From Eledone cirrhosa (lineage: Eukaryota), in assembly GCA_964016885.1 (NCBI GenBank), contig OZ024742.1:231508001-231572000 (forward strand): a DNA stretch of 64,000 nt, written 5' to 3'. Positions 38,106 through 52,433 of the stretch are shown piece by piece. The number at the start of each line of letters is the position of its first letter. Position 1 is the stretch's first letter. The position numbers and the translations under genes were made by a program. The notes under the pieces were generated by a model. The model saw only the letters and a list, made by a program, of their open reading frames with translations, did not search any database and was not told the origin of the DNA.

Positions 38106-39029
38106 ACCACTACCCCAAAACTCAACGAAACTAGCCTAGGCAAGTCATGTGGCCACTGTCGTCATTGAAATATGTATCACAGCATTACCAATAAAGGACT
38201 TTAACATCTGAAACTACTTCGCATTTTCTTATTCTAAATATACCACGTCACTCTTATGTGGAAAAAGTACGTTGAGTGCTTGAATTGATTTGCATCAATG
38301 TTTACCGTAAGAACTTAGCTCCTAAAATGTTGAGTGCTTTATGGTGTAACCGATATAGTGAAGAAGTGGAGGCACCAGCCATCAGCTACACCCGGAAATT
38401 CTCTCTACCATGGAGACTGATTACACAAACTGGATACCCCTATTACTGGATGGACTTAAAATTATAAACTAACTTTCGACCGGATAAATAAACGGACCTG
38501 AAAGCAAACTTATTTTCCTGCAACAACTTGCATTTTGTATAGAGGCCTTGAACGGAAGCCCTCTCACTTCATCCGATAACGAATTTTTATATGCACTTTA
38601 CATGGACAAAATTGACAAGTATTCCCACTGTATTTTTATACCGATATACATGTTTAATAATACCTTGTTTTTCTTGTATATATTTTTTCTCATATATTTC
38701 CTCTTTCATTTTGCATCTATGTACTTTTTTTTTTATTCATGTGATAGAAGATATTAACTAATTGCTTGCCTAATTATTACATTTCATACTTTAATTTATC
38801 TTTCGTTCTACTGTACGATACTATCATTCAATATATGGATAATGTATCTGTAATATCCAATATTGATCCCATTTTCAACATTTCTAATTATAATTTAAAC
38901 ATCTTCCTATTTATTATATTTTTTTTTTTACTTCAATCAAGATCTTAACTTTTAATTTCTAATTTTCAATCTTAATTTCCACTGTGAAACTATAATATCT
39001 AGACTCTAGAATTAAGTTTATATTCTCTT

Positions 39030-39595
39030 AGCGGGTGATGGTCAATTCTATTGTCCAAAATTTAGGGGTAGTATTGAAGCCTATTGAAACTCGTAGCCTC
39101 CCACCACCACTAGGTTTCGGTCAACTGCAACTGGCAGAGCAACTAGCAGTAAACCATAACTGTGTCATATTACCGGCCTGGATGGGGGGTGATTGTTTGG
39201 TTGAGGGGGCTTGCTTAGGCTAGTTTCGTTGAGTTTTAGGGTAGTGGATGGTCAACTTCCTTCACATTTGCGCCAGCGCAAAGCTGTGGATGTGGATTGG
39301 GGCTCACAAGGGAACGAGCGAAGGATTCAAGAACACGCACTTTGTCCGTTCCCTTGTCATTTCAATTTGGATTGCCTCGGGAACATAACCTTATTATGTA
39401 AGAAGTTGTCTGATGATGTCATGGCACATGGAATCGTGTGGCCACTGTTGTCATTGAAATATGTATCACAGCATTATCAATAAAGAACTTTAACATCTGA
39501 AACTACTTCGCATTTTCTTATTCTAAATATATTCCGTCATTCCAATGTGGAAAAAGTATGTCGAGTGTTTGATTGATTTGCATCAATGTTTACTA
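39030..39595 (+). mobile_element. Family R element (non-coding, HHR-like motif at 39405-39472)
   Basis: Homology to 28520-28725 and 37478-38325; ends at (TA)n. Confidence 0.75.
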
Positions 39596-39598
39596 TAA

Positions 39599-40594
<996 letters not shown>

Positions 40595-40596
40595 TA

Positions 40597-43500
40597 CTAG
40601 CTAAACTACCCGTCCTTTGGACGGTTCAAGTAGCTTTCGATGTAGCTCATTAAACTAAACAAAGTAAATTTGAATACATAGAAGAAAAACGTACTTTATG
40701 TAAACATGAAAACCTTAGGCACTATTCCAGCGAAATAATTAATATGTGAGCTCGGTGTCATCCGTTATCCCATGTAACAACAGAAATCCAGTCTAGGTAT
40801 AATTTTTTTTGACAACAGTAAAAGCGCATCATGAAATAGAGAAGTGAAGTGAATGATAGACACTATTATGTACATAGGTTGGAATAACAATACAGATTGG
40901 ACATAACAGGGGGGAACTGATGGATGAGCAAATCGTTATAAAAAGAGGTGGATGTTGGGTGGGAGCACTCATTGTCTTTTGGATTATTGAAGAGCAGATT
41001 TATACACAAAATTTTTGGTTTTCTTGTCAGGAGCATAAATAAATAGGTTGTCAGGATTACCAACTCGAGAACAGCCAAATAAAACTGACCATGTGAAAAG
41101 CAATGGGTTCAAAGATCCAGACCAACAACTTTAAGAGATTGGCCTTGAGATTTGTTTATGGTCATTACAAAACTAAGCTTGAGTGGGAATTGTAACCTTT
41201 TCATGGGAAATGGACAATCAGAAGGGGTAAAAGGAATTTTGGGAATATAAACAGATTCATTTCGCCCGGGTCTTGTGATTATTTCTGCCTCAATTACAAG
41301 GTTCATCAGTTGCTTTACCACTAGTCTTGTTCCATTACAAAGAAAGGGGGGAGGGGTTAAATTACGTAGCAGGATAACAGGAGCTCCAACTTTTAGATAA
41401 ACTCCTGAGGAGGTAGTCCTGGAGGATCCTGAGAGTTAAGAAACTCTGTTGGGAAGTTGGTCACTTGATCAAAGTCTGTAACAGTGTCAACTGACTTGTA
41501 ACAGCGTTGAATAGAGGGCAACTGACCAGTTATTTCGTGATTGATCAGCTTAACAGCAGCATTTGTGGGTGCAAGAATAGCCCTCTCACAAAGCCAATCA
41601 GGATTCATGAATTCAGTTGAAAGATTTGGATAAACTGAAGAACTTAAATCATCGGGCGTTGAGACTGAGCGGCCAATGCTAGAAGTGTCAATGGTTCTAT
41701 TGTCGTCGGACTCAAGTTGACCATCACCGATTTGGAGGAGTTGAGGGGAAAATAACATAAACAGATGACCAGTTTGTAATAGCGATCGCATATTAAGTGT
41801 TAGTTTTTGTACCTCAACAAACTGCCAAAAAGAGGACATTTTTAAATAGGCGTCCACTTCATCAGCAGGTGATCCATTTGGTACCACGAGAAGTCTCTGT
41901 CTGAAGTCACCTGCGAGAAGAAGAGTAGCTCCTCCAAATATATTGTCATTAGATCTAAGATCTTTCATTGTGGCATCTAGTGCCTGAAGAGAGCCTTTAT
42001 GGGACATGGTTGCCTCATCCCACACAATTAGTTTACAGCTTTTCAACAGAGCAGCTTCGTCAGAACTATGTGAGATATTGCAGATGGGATTCTCTTGATG
42101 GACGACTTTCAGTGGCATCTTGAAGGTCGAGTGTACTGTGAGCCACCTTCTAAAAGAGTCGCAGCTATACCTGAAGAGGCAACAGCAAATGCAATGTCGC
42201 CATTCTGCCTTACCTTAGCAAGAATAAGATTAAGCTGAAATGTTTTACCGGTACCTCCAGGTGCATCTATGAAGATAATGCCGCCACTATTGCTGTATAC
42301 CTTGTTTAGAACGGATTTGTATGCAGATTCTTGATCTGGATTAAGGAGAGGCTCGTTGACAGCTATGTATTGTCAAAGCTTAGTTTTGTCGTAGCTGGTT
42401 TCTCTAAGGAGGAGTCGATTAAAAGTTTGCTCTTGGTTTCTATCCGGAGAAGGGAGGCAGTATGCCTCCAAACGTTGGCCTCCAATTGCCACAACTAAGT
42501 CCTCCAAGATAATTAGACCAGCATTACACATAGAGGGGGTAAAAGCAGTGGTGGAATTTTCGGTAGCTTGACAGGTTTGAAGCCATATATCGTGGCACAT
42601 TTGGTCCCTGTATTTATTCCACAACAAAGGCGAGTTAACAAAGTTGCAGAAAACCAGTATAATGGTGAATAGATGCCGAAGCTTTGACGGAGATCGACGG
42701 AGAGACGCTTCCTCAAGTGTACTCTCATAATGGTTGTCCGTATCGATGAGTCCTTGTTTAAAGCAGGCATCCTTGAATGTCTTGCATAATTGACTGTCCA
42801 CTGTGCAAAGGGCTGCAAAGGATGTTGGTCCACGTACAATGTGAAGCAGCAGTCAAAGATGGAAGCATTCGAAGTTCAAAGGATGAACAGTATAGACGCG
42901 TCCTATTGTGTCACTTTCAAAAATGGCAGGATCTGAATCGATATGTTGGCCCTGTTTTCTTCTTTGCCATAAGCAAGTTGAGTGGTTCCAAGAATAATAA
43001 TGAGGAACATCAACATACAGAAGAGTTTTTGCGTAGGAGTCAACCGTACAGAGTTCGAAAAATGCAGTCAAAGTTGTCCTACGTGGGGAAAGAACCTGTT
43101 GACGTAAGTTTTCTTCACTGAAGTAAACTCCCTGCTTGTTCTCTAAGTGAACACTGAGATGTTGAACAGGGGAGAATCACTCGTGTATAGGGAAACCAAA
43201 CGTTCTCCAAACGGCCTCATTGGTTGAGATATAACGCCCTATTTGAAACAGTTCTACCTCATCTGTTGGTGCAACTGCTGTTCCTGTTTGTGCCACTTGA
43301 AAGACGACTCTATCGGATCCCTTATTGACGTATTTGCAAACATAACGTATAGATTTAACTGAGTTACAATATTCAACGTTAATATGCGCATTAAATGTCT
43401 TGCATAGCATCTTGTTATGTGAACAACCCATTGTTTGTCAATTGTAAATTCTCGGTTAGATCCATGTTTGATTGTTGCTGTTAAACCGCCATGTCCAGGA

Positions 43501-45341
43501 GCTCTTCTGCGATATAATGGGTAACCAGAATTTCCTGTGATCGTCTCAGCCAAAAGCTTTCGTGGATATTTCTTAGTGCATTTTCCGTTTGCCATGCATG
43601 AAGACGTAGAATTAAAGTGCCGACATGAACCATATTTTTTCGAATGATTTCGTACAACTGGGGGTCTTCATTGGGATTTGGAAATTCTGCACTTATGACT
43701 GTGTCCACGTCAGAAGGTCGAAGTTTGCTTTGTAGCCAGAGTAAGATGTGGCCGTGAGGTAGATCACGTTTTTGCGATTCAACAGTACACATAAAACTGT
43801 TTGTAGTCGCATAGTTCTTTCAAGCAATGTTTCAGAAGCTATTGCAGCAGTCCGTTAAGCACAATCGGAAGCCTGGCGACGTATGCGTTGTTCAGGTGTC
43901 TCCGCAGCTCTCGAGGCAGCATTTACAGCAGCATTGCGTTTTCTTCGAGTTGTAAGCTGTTCAGGTGTCCCCGCAGCTCTTGAGGCAGCATTTACAGCAG
44001 CATTACGTTTTCTTCAAGTTGCACGCTGTTCAGGTGTCCCCGCAGCTCTTGAGGCAGCATTTACAGCAGCATTACGTTTTCTTCGAGTTGTAAGCTGTTC
44101 AGGTGTCCCCGCAGCTCTTGAGGCAGCAGTCGCGGCAGCATTGCGTTTTCTTCGAGTTGTAAGCTGTTCAGGTGTCCCCGCAGCTCTTGAGGCAGCAGTC
44201 GCGGCAGCATTGCGTTTTCTTCGAGTTGTAAGCTGTTTAGGTGTCCCCGCAGCTCTTGAGGCAGCAGTCGCGGCAGCATTGCATTTTCTTCGAGTTGTAA
44301 GCTGTTCAGGTGTCCCCGCAGCTCTTGAGGCAGCAGTCGCGGCAGCATTGCATTTTCTTCAAGTTGCACGCTGTTCAGGTGTCCCCGCAGCTCTTGAGGC
44401 AGCAGTCGCAGCAGCATTCAGCAGTAACCGAATAGTACGTTCCTCTGTAGACTCATTTGATCATGAAGCAGCAGTGGTTTGTGCATTTTTTGCCATACGG
44501 GCCGCAAGTTTTTCTACTGAGTATCGATGTGATGAATGCGAAGTATTGAGTCTTGCGTTGTAGGCAGCTAATGTGGATAACCTAGTTGTCCTCTGCTCCT
44601 CAGTTTCATTAGCTCGACGCTGCTTTTCCTTAACCACACCGGTCGACAATCTGCTGAGGCAACTTCTTTTTTTCCGCGAGGCATCGAAACGAAATGTGTA
44701 AAGTAGACACGATATAACACAATCGAATGTAAAAATAAAGATTAATTGTAAAATGTATTTGAAGTACATGTAGCGGTAGAACATTCGAAATGTACAGGGT
44801 ATGTAAGTTAATAACTAAATTATGTGTCAGAAACGTAGTCTAATCAATGCGAAAAAATAGAATAATTTTAAGTCTTTTAGATAAATTTAAGCATAATATT
44901 GTAAAAGTTATGACATCACTTAATGTATGAACATCAAGCTTGAAACAATAAATTATACAATGTCAAATCTATAACTTAACTTAGTAATCTGTTAGAAATT
45001 GCTGGTTGTGAAATATACAAAATGATATTGTTAGTCTCTTTGTTTCAAGTACAAATAGTAAATTAAAATCCGAATGATGAAAGATAACTCTTGTCTTACT
45101 TAAAGATAACTCTTGTCTTACTTAATCACGAAAATTCACACAAATAACCAAAACTTTTTTAATGTCTCCAAAGGCCCCAATATGATTTTTGAAAGCCTTT
45201 GTAGATCATGTACAGGTTTTGTGCAAGGAGAAGCTCTGTAAAAAATTTCAAAGAAATCGCATGAATGGTTTAGAATATATGAGCCCTCATTAAAAATTGT
45301 CCACACACACATACAGAAAACTACAGCTTTATATATATAGA
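40597..45341 (-). mobile_element. Helitron (Rep/PIF1 helicase), internally deleted and frameshifted
   Basis: A|TC 5' end, CCGTCC/GGACGG hairpin then CTAG|T; HUH motif ESQKRDLPHGHILLW, YVCKYVNKGSD, DAPGGTGKTF, IVWDEATM, GDFRQ, RAILAPTN, QFPLKLSFVMTINKSQGQSL. Confidence 0.96.
43885..44420 (-). repeat. 69-bp coding tandem repeat (about 8 units) in Helitron N-terminus
   Basis: Minus frame reads (GTPEQLTTRRKRNAAATAASRAA)n, 23 aa per unit. Confidence 0.92.
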
Positions 45342-45649
45342 TATATTAATATATATAATGTATGTATATGTATATATGTGCATAGATATACATATATATA
45401 CACACACACACACGTGTGAGTGTGTGTGTGTGTAGCTGTGTTTTGTTGTTATGGAATACTTTATATTTAGAAAGTGTAGTAAGAGGGTGGGGGATGGTTT
45501 TTTCGAATTTGTCTTTTGACTTTAACCTTTAACACCCTAAGTTCTGTTTAGTGTTTGCTGATTACTGACGTGCTTATATACACAGCCTCCTACACACCCA
45601 TACTCCCTTCACATGCACCCCCCACCATATATATATATATATATATATA

Positions 45650-45791
45650 TAGAAAATAGAATAGCTTTCACCGTATTTTTGACTAAAGGAATTTTAGCCA
45701 TCATCAGGCTAAAATTCCTTTAGTCAAAAATACGGTGAAAGCTATTCTATTTTCTAATTTAAAACCTGCTCAGTTTCAAAACATACTTACT

Positions 45792-45793
<2 letters not shown>
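45650..45793. repeat. Perfect 50-bp-arm fold-back folded at an HHR core
   Basis: Arms 45650-45699 and 45707-45756, loop ATCATCA (part of minus-strand CUGAUGAU), GAAAGCUA in the arm, 37-nt tail, TA on both sides. Confidence 0.88.
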
Positions 45794-45842
<49 letters not shown>

Positions 45843-45847
<5 letters not shown>

Positions 45848-47810
45848 TGAATATCGTTTTTTTACAAAAATAATTTAAAAAGTTAGTAACAAAGGTGGAG
45901 AAGTTAAAAAACAGCTCAAAATAGTGTAATTTATTATAATAAACAGTACAAAAGGCTATGTTTCATACTTCATGGAAAGAATTTTCCAAAAAAGCATGCA
46001 TACAAAATCCTATTGTGCTAAAAATAATAATTACACATGAAGCAAATTATTCATTAAAATTGACACCAAACACGTTTTCCCATTAAATGCTGATTTACGA
46101 AGATTTCATCCCTTCCTGGGACTTTTCAAAATCAGTTATTTAAGATTAAAGACCCTCATTATAATCTCACCAAAATACTCGACAGCCAGCAGCCAAAGAA
46201 AATGTTTACATTTAAAAAGTCTGAAATGACGCTATAATGCATAGAAAATCTATGTTGTCCAACTACAGAAATATAACGTCAAACCACTCTAAAACTTATT
46301 TTTAAAAATTAATAGATGATAAAGAGAAAAAAGAGAAATATAAACTTGATAAAAAATGTTATAAAAGATAAGATGGAAAAAATAAAGATATATATGTATA
46401 CATATATACACACATACACATATATACAAATATAGATATAAAAATACATAAATATATACATATACTCGCATCTATATATAGATATACACCCACATACACG
46501 TACATACATAATATACATAACTACATACAAATACGTATGAACATACACATGCATATATATATATATACACACACACATATATCTACATAAACACACACAT
46601 ATATATATATACACACATACATAAATAATACATATATATATATATATATATATACAAACATATATATAGATATGGCCTTGCAGTATTAATTAGAGACCAT
46701 TTAATATTATAATTAACCTTCTCTTCACTAAGAGACCAGATTAATTTTGCCAGAGAAGTTGTATTTTTCAGCTTCTTATTTTTAAAAGAATGAGTATGAG
46801 CATAGAATCCAGTTTTGAATTTATTGGCAGTCGCACCTATATAATTAAAGCAATTATCAATAGTTGAAATCTCACATATATAAATAACATTAGTTTTAAG
46901 CCATTTACCCCCAAATGGGCAATTATTAGGAATTCTACAATTACACATAATCCCTAAAGGTCGACTATCATTAATGATTATACCCTTATTAAGATCACCA
47001 CCAGCAAATGGTATACCTAGTTTTACCAAATACCTCAGATTCAATATCTATTCTAGACGCCCTATTATTGATTTGGGTGTTTACATTATTGTTAACAATA
47101 CTATCATTTTCACTACCATAGAGACTGAACTTATTATCAAGATTAGTGAGTGTTTCATTTGCGATATCAAGAGTAGAAATACATTCATCATCATCATCGT
47201 CGTCGATTAATGTCTATCTTCCATGCTAGCATGGGTTAGACGGGTTTGTCCCAATTAGAGGAAAGTTGGGTCGGGTGCCCATGTCTTGCTCATATAGGAG
47301 AGTTTCTGGCTGGTTTTCTATGGCTGGATGCCCTTCCTAACATTCATTAACAGTATTATTGTCAACTAAGATATTGCTGCCGCTAGTATTATTATTGGTA
47401 CCTATACTATTTCTAGGGGGTCCAGTATCAGTTAAAGATCCACTATTTACTCTAAAGGAATTAAGTTTCTTTTTATTGTTCCTTGCTATGAAATCTGCCA
47501 AATTAGGGGTTGCAGAAAAGGATAATTTCACATTATTTCTATTTAGTATCTTATAATATCTATGGTTGGGAGGAAAATTCTTATCCATTATATCAAAGAA
47601 TAACTTAGGTATATTAGAAGTGATCGGAATACCAAATGGAGGATTATACCAAATACATTTTTTCCTTCTTAATTTATGCCTTACCTTATAATTACACGAT
47701 TTAATCAGAATATCATCTATAATACTACCAACTTTATCAATTAAATTTGGTTTAAAGTTGTTATTTTTAAGGTTAATAGTTGGTTTAGACGAAATGTCAA
47801 GTTTTAGTCA
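45843..47810 (-). pseudogene. Hydra-type PLE 3' part with nested RTE tail (47185-47342)
   Basis: IWYNPPF, DKNFPPNHRYYKILNRNNVKLSFS, CNCRIPNNCPFGG, VIY, YIGAT, HSFKNKK, LAKLIWSL, KW. Confidence 0.88.
46090..46135 (-). ncRNA. Hammerhead ribozyme, U3-A8 core variant, in PLE 3' UTR
   Basis: CUGAUU-UUGAAAA-GUCCC aggaa GGGAU-GAAAUCUUCGUA-AAUCAG; 6-bp stem I, 5-bp stem II. Confidence 0.6.
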
Positions 47811-47857
47811 TATCATTCTTCTTCTTATTTTTCTTCCTATTATTATAAAAACCATAG

Positions 47858-48043
47858 AGTGGTGGATTGGCAGTATCGATAGAGGGTCGGACGCCATGCT
47901 TTGCACACTCGAGTTATGGCCCTTTACGGTCTGAGTTCAACTCCCACCTAGGTTAACTTGCCTTTCATCCTTACGATTTAATAAACTACCAATAATGCAC
48001 TGAGATAATTGATGGCCTTGTGCCAAAAGTAGAAACAATTATT
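47858..48043 (+). mobile_element. SINE family B
   Basis: Family match; TSD TATTATAAAAACCATA. Confidence 0.88.
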
Positions 48044-48101
48044 ATAAAAACCATATGTTGGTTTATTGCCATTCTTTGGAGATGTACATTTAAAGGTATA
48101 A

Positions 48102-48132
<31 letters not shown>

Positions 48133-48461
48133 GAGCTTATAAACAGTCACGTGTTTATAAATACTTATACTTCGACATTAATGTGTGTGTATGAGCTGTG
48201 TTGTGTGTGTGTGTGTGCACGCGCGCATGTGTGTGTGTGCATGTGCGCATGTGTGTGTATCAGTAAAATATACATCCTAACAGCAGAATATCAACCCAAA
48301 ATTCCTTTCCTCTTTCGAGTTATTGTTCCATTTTACATCCTCTATACCCTGAGTAACACCAACCCTATATCACACCCTCTATATACTTAGTAAATCCACT
48401 TCAACATTTAAACATTTATATATGTCTGTGTGTATATGTGTATGTGTGTGTGTGTCTAACA

Positions 48462-49238
48462 TCTATATATATAAAACTGAGGATGTCTGTGTGTGTGTGT
48501 GAGTTTGAATCCCTAAAACTCAAGAACCACCCAACCGATTGTGTTCAAACTTTACACATGTTTCAGTGTACTATGTTTCAGGGAATGTTCTGAGCAAAAA
48601 AATCTCAAATTTCCAATGCCCTAGGGACCGCATTATGCGATTTACCAATCTCTCTCTATAATTCTTAGTCTTTCTCTTTTTAGATAGATACATACATATA
48701 ACGTCGCGCCCTTATAATATCTGTCTGTATGTCTGCCTGTCTGCATTACGTCACTTCCCTGAGGATGTCTGTCTGTGTGTTTGTGTGTGTCTGTGAGTTT
48801 GAATCCCTAAAATTCGAGAAGTACCCAACCAACTTTTTAAAACTTTACATGTGTATTACTTATATTTCAGGGAGTGTTATGCACATAAAAAAATTCAACT
48901 TTTTGGTCCCCTAGGGCACGCATTAGGTGAAAAACTTCATATTTTAAGCTTTTTAGGGCTTTTTGGAGGCATTACATCTAGCTGATTTTCCCAAAATTTC
49001 AAGGCATATTATGCACATAAAAAAAATTCATTTTCTTGATCCCCTAGGGCCCGCATTAGGTGAAAACCTGTATTTTTCCTGCTTCATCGAGGAAAATCTT
49101 AAAGATTATCCAGCCATCACAGTATTCGGTTTATTTTCTTTACATATGTCCAGGCATGCAGTTTTTCCACAATTAGGTCTGTTGGCGGCCCGCGTTCCAA
49201 AATACCTTATCCCGTGCAACGCCGGGTACCACTGCTAG
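48462..49238 (+). mobile_element. Non-autonomous Helitron (family H2)
   Basis: A|TCTATATATATAAAACTG ... CCCGTGCAACGCCGGG ... CTAG|T. Confidence 0.92.
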
Positions 49239-49558
49239 TACACTTATAAAAAACACACACAGACAAACATTCATACAAACACACACAGTTTCACCCCCAG
49301 TTTTTCGTTATATCAGTTGTCACAGGAATGTATGTATACTCACACATACATACACTCTCACACACGCATACTTATCAGTCATCACATATGTATGTGTAGA
49401 TGTGTGTGTGTGTGTGTTTAATTCTCTGTGTATCCGATTAAATATTTACGTGAAGATGTGTGTGTATGTAACTTACTAAGGCGTAATGTACGTAACGAAA
49501 GCGCAAACACACACACACACACTCATATACAAAATGTGACATTGTCGTCATCATTCTC

Positions 49559-49584
<26 letters not shown>

Positions 49585-49589
<5 letters not shown>

Positions 49590-49908
49590 ACGTCCACTTT
49601 TCCCTGCTTGCAAGGGTGGGACGGGAACTGATTCTGGCTTGATTTCTATAGCTGGATGCCCTTCCTAACACCAACCTCATTTACAGTGACTACTGGGTGC
49701 TTTTTTGCCGTGGCACCTGCACAACCACTTTGCAGTGAAATGATAGAGACCCCAGTCCCTATCATCTCATTTCTACAGCTGAGTAAACTGGAGCAATGTG
49801 AAATAAAGTGCCTTGCTCAAGGAAACAACACATCACCCGGTCTGAGAATTGAACTCACAACCTTTCGATTGCAAGGCCAATGCTCTAACCACTAAGCCAT
49901 GTACCTCC
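49585..49908 (-). mobile_element. tRNA-SINE family A
   Basis: Near-identical to 18889-19222. Confidence 0.9.
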
Positions 49909-50124
49909 ATTGTGTTATAAAATATCCGTTTACTTAGTTGTCTACATAGATAAAATGTTATATTGTTTTAATCCAAATGAAAATAAAAATTACATGTTAA
50001 TTCCAGAGTCTAATACATTGTTAAATTTGTTTTGATTTGGTTGAGCCATTTGAGAATGCATAAGGAAAAGACAGAGAGAGAAACAAAGAATTATATATAG
50101 AGAGAGATGTATATAAACCCACAT

Positions 50125-50430
50125 GTGAAGGTCTGTGGCTTAGTGGTTAGAGTGTTTAATACACAATTATAAAGTTGTGAGATTGATTCCTGGAATGAGC
50201 GACTCATTGTGCTCTTGAGCAAGACACTTTATTTCACATTGCTCTAGTCCATTCAACCTGTGAAAATGAATTGTAACTGTCAACCTTGTCATGTGGAATC
50301 TCCCTGAGAACATTAAGGGTGCACATGTCAGTAGGATACTCAGTCACTTAGATGTTAATTTCATGAGCTGGTGGTTCTAGTGATTGAATCAACTGGGCCA
50401 CTTGTCATTGGAAATGATGGAGGTCCAATA
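50125..50430 (+). mobile_element. Older tRNA-SINE (family A relative)
   Basis: TGGCTTAGTGG A box and CTTGAGCAAGACACTTTATTTC centre; similar to 58584-58865. Confidence 0.75.
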
Positions 50431-50586
50431 ACAATATGGATTCATATACAATATGTTTATGTATAACAAATACACATAGTCTTGTGAGTATTTTAAGCTA
50501 CTGATGCATGTATGAGTATATTATTATAAATGCGCAAACACAGACACAAAAATAAGTTGCTCCAATTTATATATAGATTGTACACA

Positions 50587-50897
50587 CAAGTGTAGTGAAT
50601 GTTAGACACTGTTTTCTGTAGTTTGTCACCACCCTTTCCTTTCTCAGTCATCTCTAGTGTGTGATGTCACCACCCCTTCCTTCCTCAATTATCTCTAGTG
50701 TGACGTCATCACCCCTTCCTTCCTCAATTATCTCTAGTGCATGATGTCACGCCTTCCTTCCTCAATCTTCTCTAATGTGTGAGGTTATCACCCATTCCTT
50801 CCTCAATCTTCTCTAGTGCGTGAGGACCACCCCTTCTTTTCTCAGTCATCTCTAGTGTGTGACAGACAGACGGAAGTCGCTCAGATTTATATATAGA
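50587..50897 (-). mobile_element. Helitron-like element carrying an about 37-bp minisatellite
   Basis: 5' TCTATATATAAATCTG...GTCTGTC; about six copies of GTGTGATGTCACCACCCCTTCCTTCCTCAATTATCTCTA; weak 3' hairpin and CTTG end. Confidence 0.55.
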
Positions 50898-51068
50898 TGA
50901 TCATATCACAGCTATCTCGTATATATATGGAAAAAAAGCGTCACATCCCAAACTTAAGTGCTCCTACCCTCTCATGCAGAAAAAAATGAAACAATTCAAT
51001 ATAATACTTTGACTTTGCACATGGATAGGTAAAAAAAAAAAAATTAGCCATGTGGTGAATTGTCCCAT

Positions 51069-52012
51069 CGAGGTTAACTTTGCCTTTCATCCTTACGGGG
51101 TCAATAAAATAAAGTACCAGTAATGTATTGGTTAATTGCTGGCCTTGTGCCAAAAGTAGAAACAATTATTAGAGCGTCGGACAATAAGCTTTGCAGCATA
51201 GAGTTACAGGCCTCTGAGTTCAAATCCTGCAGAGGTTAGCTTTGCCTTACATCCTTATGAGGTCGATGAAATAAAGTACCAGTAATGCACTGATTTGATT
51301 TAATGGACTTTCCCTTTCCCTTTAAATTGCTAGCCTTGAGCCAGATGTAGAAACAATTATTACAGTGCTGCTTTAGTTTAGTTTTAATAAATTCAATACT
51401 TGGCTGGGTTTCCAGTTTAGAATAGATACACTGTATTCTTGCATGTCATAAGAAACAACTAAATAGGTTGGTGTCAGGAAGGGTATCTGGTTGTAAAACA
51501 CTGCCTCAAAATGTCCCATCCAACCCATGCCAGCATGGAAAAGTTGATGTAAAAAAGATGATGATGATGATCTGATGAACTCTAATGTCTCATTACTATC
51601 ACAATGCATTATCGGTGGATTGGCAGTATTGGTAGAGCGTCAGACACCATGCTTTTCGGCATAGAGTTCTGTCCCTTTACCTTCTGAGTTCAAATCTTGC
51701 CGAGGTTAACTTTGCCTTTCACCTTTACGGGGTCGATAAAATAAAGCTCCATTAATGAACTGGGGTAATTGCTGACCTTGTGCCAAAAGTAGAAACAATT
51801 ATTAGAGTGCGGTAGATTGGCAGTATTAGTAGACCATCGGACACCATGCTTTGCAGCATAAAGTCATGGCCATTTACAGTCTGAGTTCAAATGCCGCTGA
51901 GGTTAGCTTTGCCTTTCATCCATACAAAGTCAATAAAATAAAGTACCAGTAATGCAGTGGTCGATTTAATCAACTTTTCCTCCTGGCCTTTAACCTAAAG
52001 TTGAAATCATTA
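51069..52012 (+). mobile_element. Cluster of four same-strand SINE family B copies
   Basis: Copies at about 51069-51170, 51171-51362, 51614-51803 and 51809-52012. Confidence 0.85.
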
Positions 52013-52433
52013 TCAGTTTAGTTTTCAAATTCAATAATTTGTGCTCAACTTTCATTATTTCAAAAATGACCTGATTTGTGTCTAGCGCTAGATCCCAGCT
52101 GTTGCAGAACACATCCTTATAATCTCATTTATATATATTGCACTGAAAAAATGCTGCTTGGAAATTTTCCTCTTCTGATACTAAACTGCCTGAAACTACC
52201 CCTGGCTCAATAATACAAGGCTGTTTATTTTAAAGTGTTGATATTTATCTTAAATCTCTTGTTAAAATTTTATGTAAGTACCTTTGTTAAATTATGCTCC
52301 AAACACTAAATTAATAATGAGAAAGTCAGTTACATCATTAAATTGATTATTTTCAAAATGATTTGAAAACCATATAAATACCATAACAAAGGAGTTAAAA
52401 CAATGGTTTAAACAGTTTGGTTTGTGTTAATCA

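Larger units (their letters stand above)
37478..38325. mobile_element. Family R element with inverted 3' ends and two nested insertions
   Basis: 37478-38145 is the reverse complement of 39210-39525; 38146-38325 is a plus-strand 3' end starting inside the HHR stem II. Confidence 0.8.

Noticed and set aside
43883-44563. Plus-strand 226-aa repeat ORF or CRISPR-like array
   Set aside because: Antisense of the Helitron coding repeat; units are contiguous with no unique spacers and no cas genes.
50620-50862. About 37-bp repeats as a CRISPR array
   Set aside because: Tandem, degenerate and spacerless, in eukaryotic TE context.
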